From assembly GCA_905178155.1 (NCBI GenBank), contig CAJINV010000032.1, positions 57,488-121,487 of the forward strand: a DNA stretch of 64,000 nt. The letters are read 5' to 3'. The notes under the pieces are model-generated. The model did no database searches, had not been told where the DNA came from, and saw only the letters and a program-made list of their open reading frames with translations. Within the stretch, counting starts at the first letter, position 1; every line of letters starts with the position of its first letter. Shown in pieces: positions 61,787 through 64,000 of the stretch. The translations under genes were made by a program, and so were the position numbers. The DNA comes from Amoebophrya sp. A120 (lineage: Eukaryota; Protista; Dinoflagellata).

Positions 61787-62954
61787 TTACTCCATTTCCA
61801 TTTTCCACACCGCTTGCAGAATCGGCAAGCCGTACCCCGGCTCATCGGTGAGTTGCTTCGACCACGCGTCCCGAAAGACGTACTTTCTCCACGTGTCTTT
61901 GAATTCCAGCATCTGCGTCATCGAAATAATGCATGACAGTGCACAACGCCCCCTCCCCCTCATTTGTATAGCATGAACGGCAGTACAAGCGTCAACAAGA
62001 ATGCCAGTTTTGCATGACAAATTTACACAGGATTGTAGTACTGTTGGGGCTTCCTGAGTTTGTCATGCAAAAAGTGCTAAGAGGCACAGCCTGGATTTGG
62101 TATTTTGCATGACAAATGAGGGGGAGGGGGAGTGGTGCACTGTCATATGATGTCCAGCTGCTTCGTCGCGGGATCGTCCGGAAACGGAGGCATACCACGA
62201 CGACCCTCGTCGGCCAATCCGCTGCTTTGACCCGTGTTCCGCTCTTCTGTCTCCCCTGCCGTTCGTGTACTTTTCAGGTACATCTGGTCGATCTCCCAGT
62301 CCTTGAGCTCGTCGTGGATTTTCTTTTGCAAGTAGTCCATTTTTCCGGCGCGGGCGGTAGATTCTTTGTTGGATTCATTTGCCATCTCGATGGACTCCGA
62401 TGTGGTGGCAGTCGTGAGCAAATCTTCGTCCATGTACAGCAGATATTTCGAGCACAGAAGCTTTTCGACGACGTCTTGGGACAGGTACCGGAGCTTATGG
62501 AAGTCTCAGAATCGAAGTTGACAAAATCGAAAAACTTGTGATGCATAAAATCGATACCAGTTGGAGCTTCAGTGTGCAGGTGGCGCATGACAAATTTTGG
62601 AAGTACCCAAATCCCGCCTGTCATGCTGTTTGGGCAAAGAAGACTACTCCTGTCATACTACTCTTGCAGCGCATTGCATACCCCCAAACAGGCTTACAAT
62701 CGGGCTCACTTGCCTGCTCCCCAATACAGGCCTCCAGTGCTGCACTGAGTGCAGCCCTACATTTTATGCATCACAAATCTTTCGATTTTGTCGATTTCGA
62801 TCCTGACACACTCATAGAGCTTCGGGGGCAAGTACTCCTTGCGCAGCCTCCACTTTTTTTCCGCCGCCACGGCCCCCGCTTCAGACGGGTCTGTGGCAGT
62901 ACTACTTGCTGTGGGATCCGGTACGGTTTCTTCGTGCTCCCAATCCGTGGCCAT
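61787..62954 (-). CDS. Hypothetical protein with 2 introner introns (may extend further 5')
   Basis: Removing 62496-62816 and 61932-62147 (+5 nt each) joins MATDWEHEE...LPPKL|RYLSQDVVEK...QLDI|ISMTQMLEF...WKMEME*. Confidence 0.6.
62496..62816. mobile_element. Introner, family G
   Basis: Perfect GAGCT/GAGCT. Confidence 0.92.
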
Positions 62955-63015
62955 CGAACCCTTGCCCCGAAACTCGTTGAAGTTTGCGGCGTCAAAGATG
63001 TAAAACTGCTCCGCC

Positions 63016-63294
63016 TATCCTGAGCAAAAATGTACCCACCCCAGAGTTGTCATGCAGATTTGCAGCTACAGGAAGACTTGTAATGCGCATCCACATGAGA
63101 GGCATTTCCAATCGCGTTTTGCGCTTTGTAATGCTGTCGACAGGATGAGTAGCTGGATTTGTGTTGCGGCTGTGCTTGCTAAACTGCACTACAATACAGA
63201 GACGAACTTGTCATGCGTGACTCACAAAACTCCTAGGTTTGTGTTGCAAAATCCCCAGCTTGACTCTGGTGTGGGTACGTTTTTACTCAGGATA
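63016..63294. mobile_element. Introner, family D
   Basis: 279 bp, about 30-bp TIR; flanks CCGCC/CCACG. Confidence 0.92.
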
Positions 63295-64000
63295 CCACGT
63301 ATCACCGAAGACATGCTATTCTCGGAAGCCGGAACTTGTTGTTGCACTTGGTCGGCCGCTTCGTCTGCCGGATAGAGGATTTCACTTCCCATCCGCAATT
63401 TCTTGCTTGTCCTCTGTCCGCTTTCGCCGCCCGCACTTTTGATGATCATACTATCTGCAGCAGTACTTGCGGGCCCCTGTGCTGCGCTCGCCGGGGAGGC
63501 GTCCCTCAGGAAGGATTTCGATCTCTTCCCACTATCCAGGAGCAAAAAGAAGAGAGCATAGCATAAAAAATTCTGTATCCTTTATGCAAAAACGAATATT
63601 AACGAAACAATCTCTGTCTCCTGCCTGGCCACGATGGCCGCCGGCACGGCATGGTCGGGGCTCGTGGTGCATGACAGGCTCTTGCTAGGAACACTTTTCA
63701 AATAAAAGTAGAACTAGTAGTAGAAGTGCGTGATATTCGTTTTTGCATTTACAAACTATGCTATGCTCGTGATGATTTTTACTGTGATACCCAGCGAATG
63801 ACGCCCTCTTCTGCAGGGCAGAGACCATCTCACTTGCACGCGCGGCGGCACTCCTCCTACCACTCGTGTGCGCGAGCGCATGGGGCAGAAAACTGCCAAG
63901 TCTTCCGGAGCCCTCTCGTTGCAGCGCCGAACCGGGACCGACGGCGCTCTTTATTTTCTTTCTCAACTTTTTTGCCCTACGTTTTTGCCCACCGGTATCC

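Noticed and set aside
1-64000. Autonomous transposase, rRNA, tRNA or dinoflagellate spliced-leader sequence
   Set aside because: No DDE/RT/HUH motifs, RNA-gene signatures or CCATTTTGGCTCAAG match were recognised by eye; a split or diverged gene could have been missed.

Overview
Eukaryotic, GC-rich DNA. The six-frame ORF track is largely uninformative because the real genes are fragmented. All decodable genes lie on the minus strand: a large low-complexity/ankyrin protein (15065->7303), a zDHHC palmitoyltransferase (42179->39784), two paralogous CLK/LAMMER-like kinases (49240->42989, 59263->51051) and small hypothetical genes. They are split by about 70 (counted by eye) non-GT-AG introns of 150-320 bp. 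Each is a MITE-like element with terminal inverted repeats beginning TAT and ending ATA, flanked by a 5-bp direct repeat. At least 7 TIR families occur, all sharing an internal GCAT(G/C/T)ACA(A) motif. Removing element + 5 nt restores the frame at nearly every junction tested. A filled/empty paralog pair (32237 vs 17787) shows the 5-bp repeat is a target-site duplication, and invariant kinase residues place the junction 1 nt before TAT and 4 nt after ATA. This architecture matches the 'introner' non-canonical introns reported for the syndinian dinoflagellate Amoebophrya (organism assignment is inference). The window also has nested satellites (1.5-6.5 kb), other tandem arrays and a 17-39 kb mosaic of duplicated, decayed gene fragments, one with ordinary GT-AG introns. 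No rRNA, tRNA, CRISPR or transposase gene was recognised. All coordinates were read by hand.
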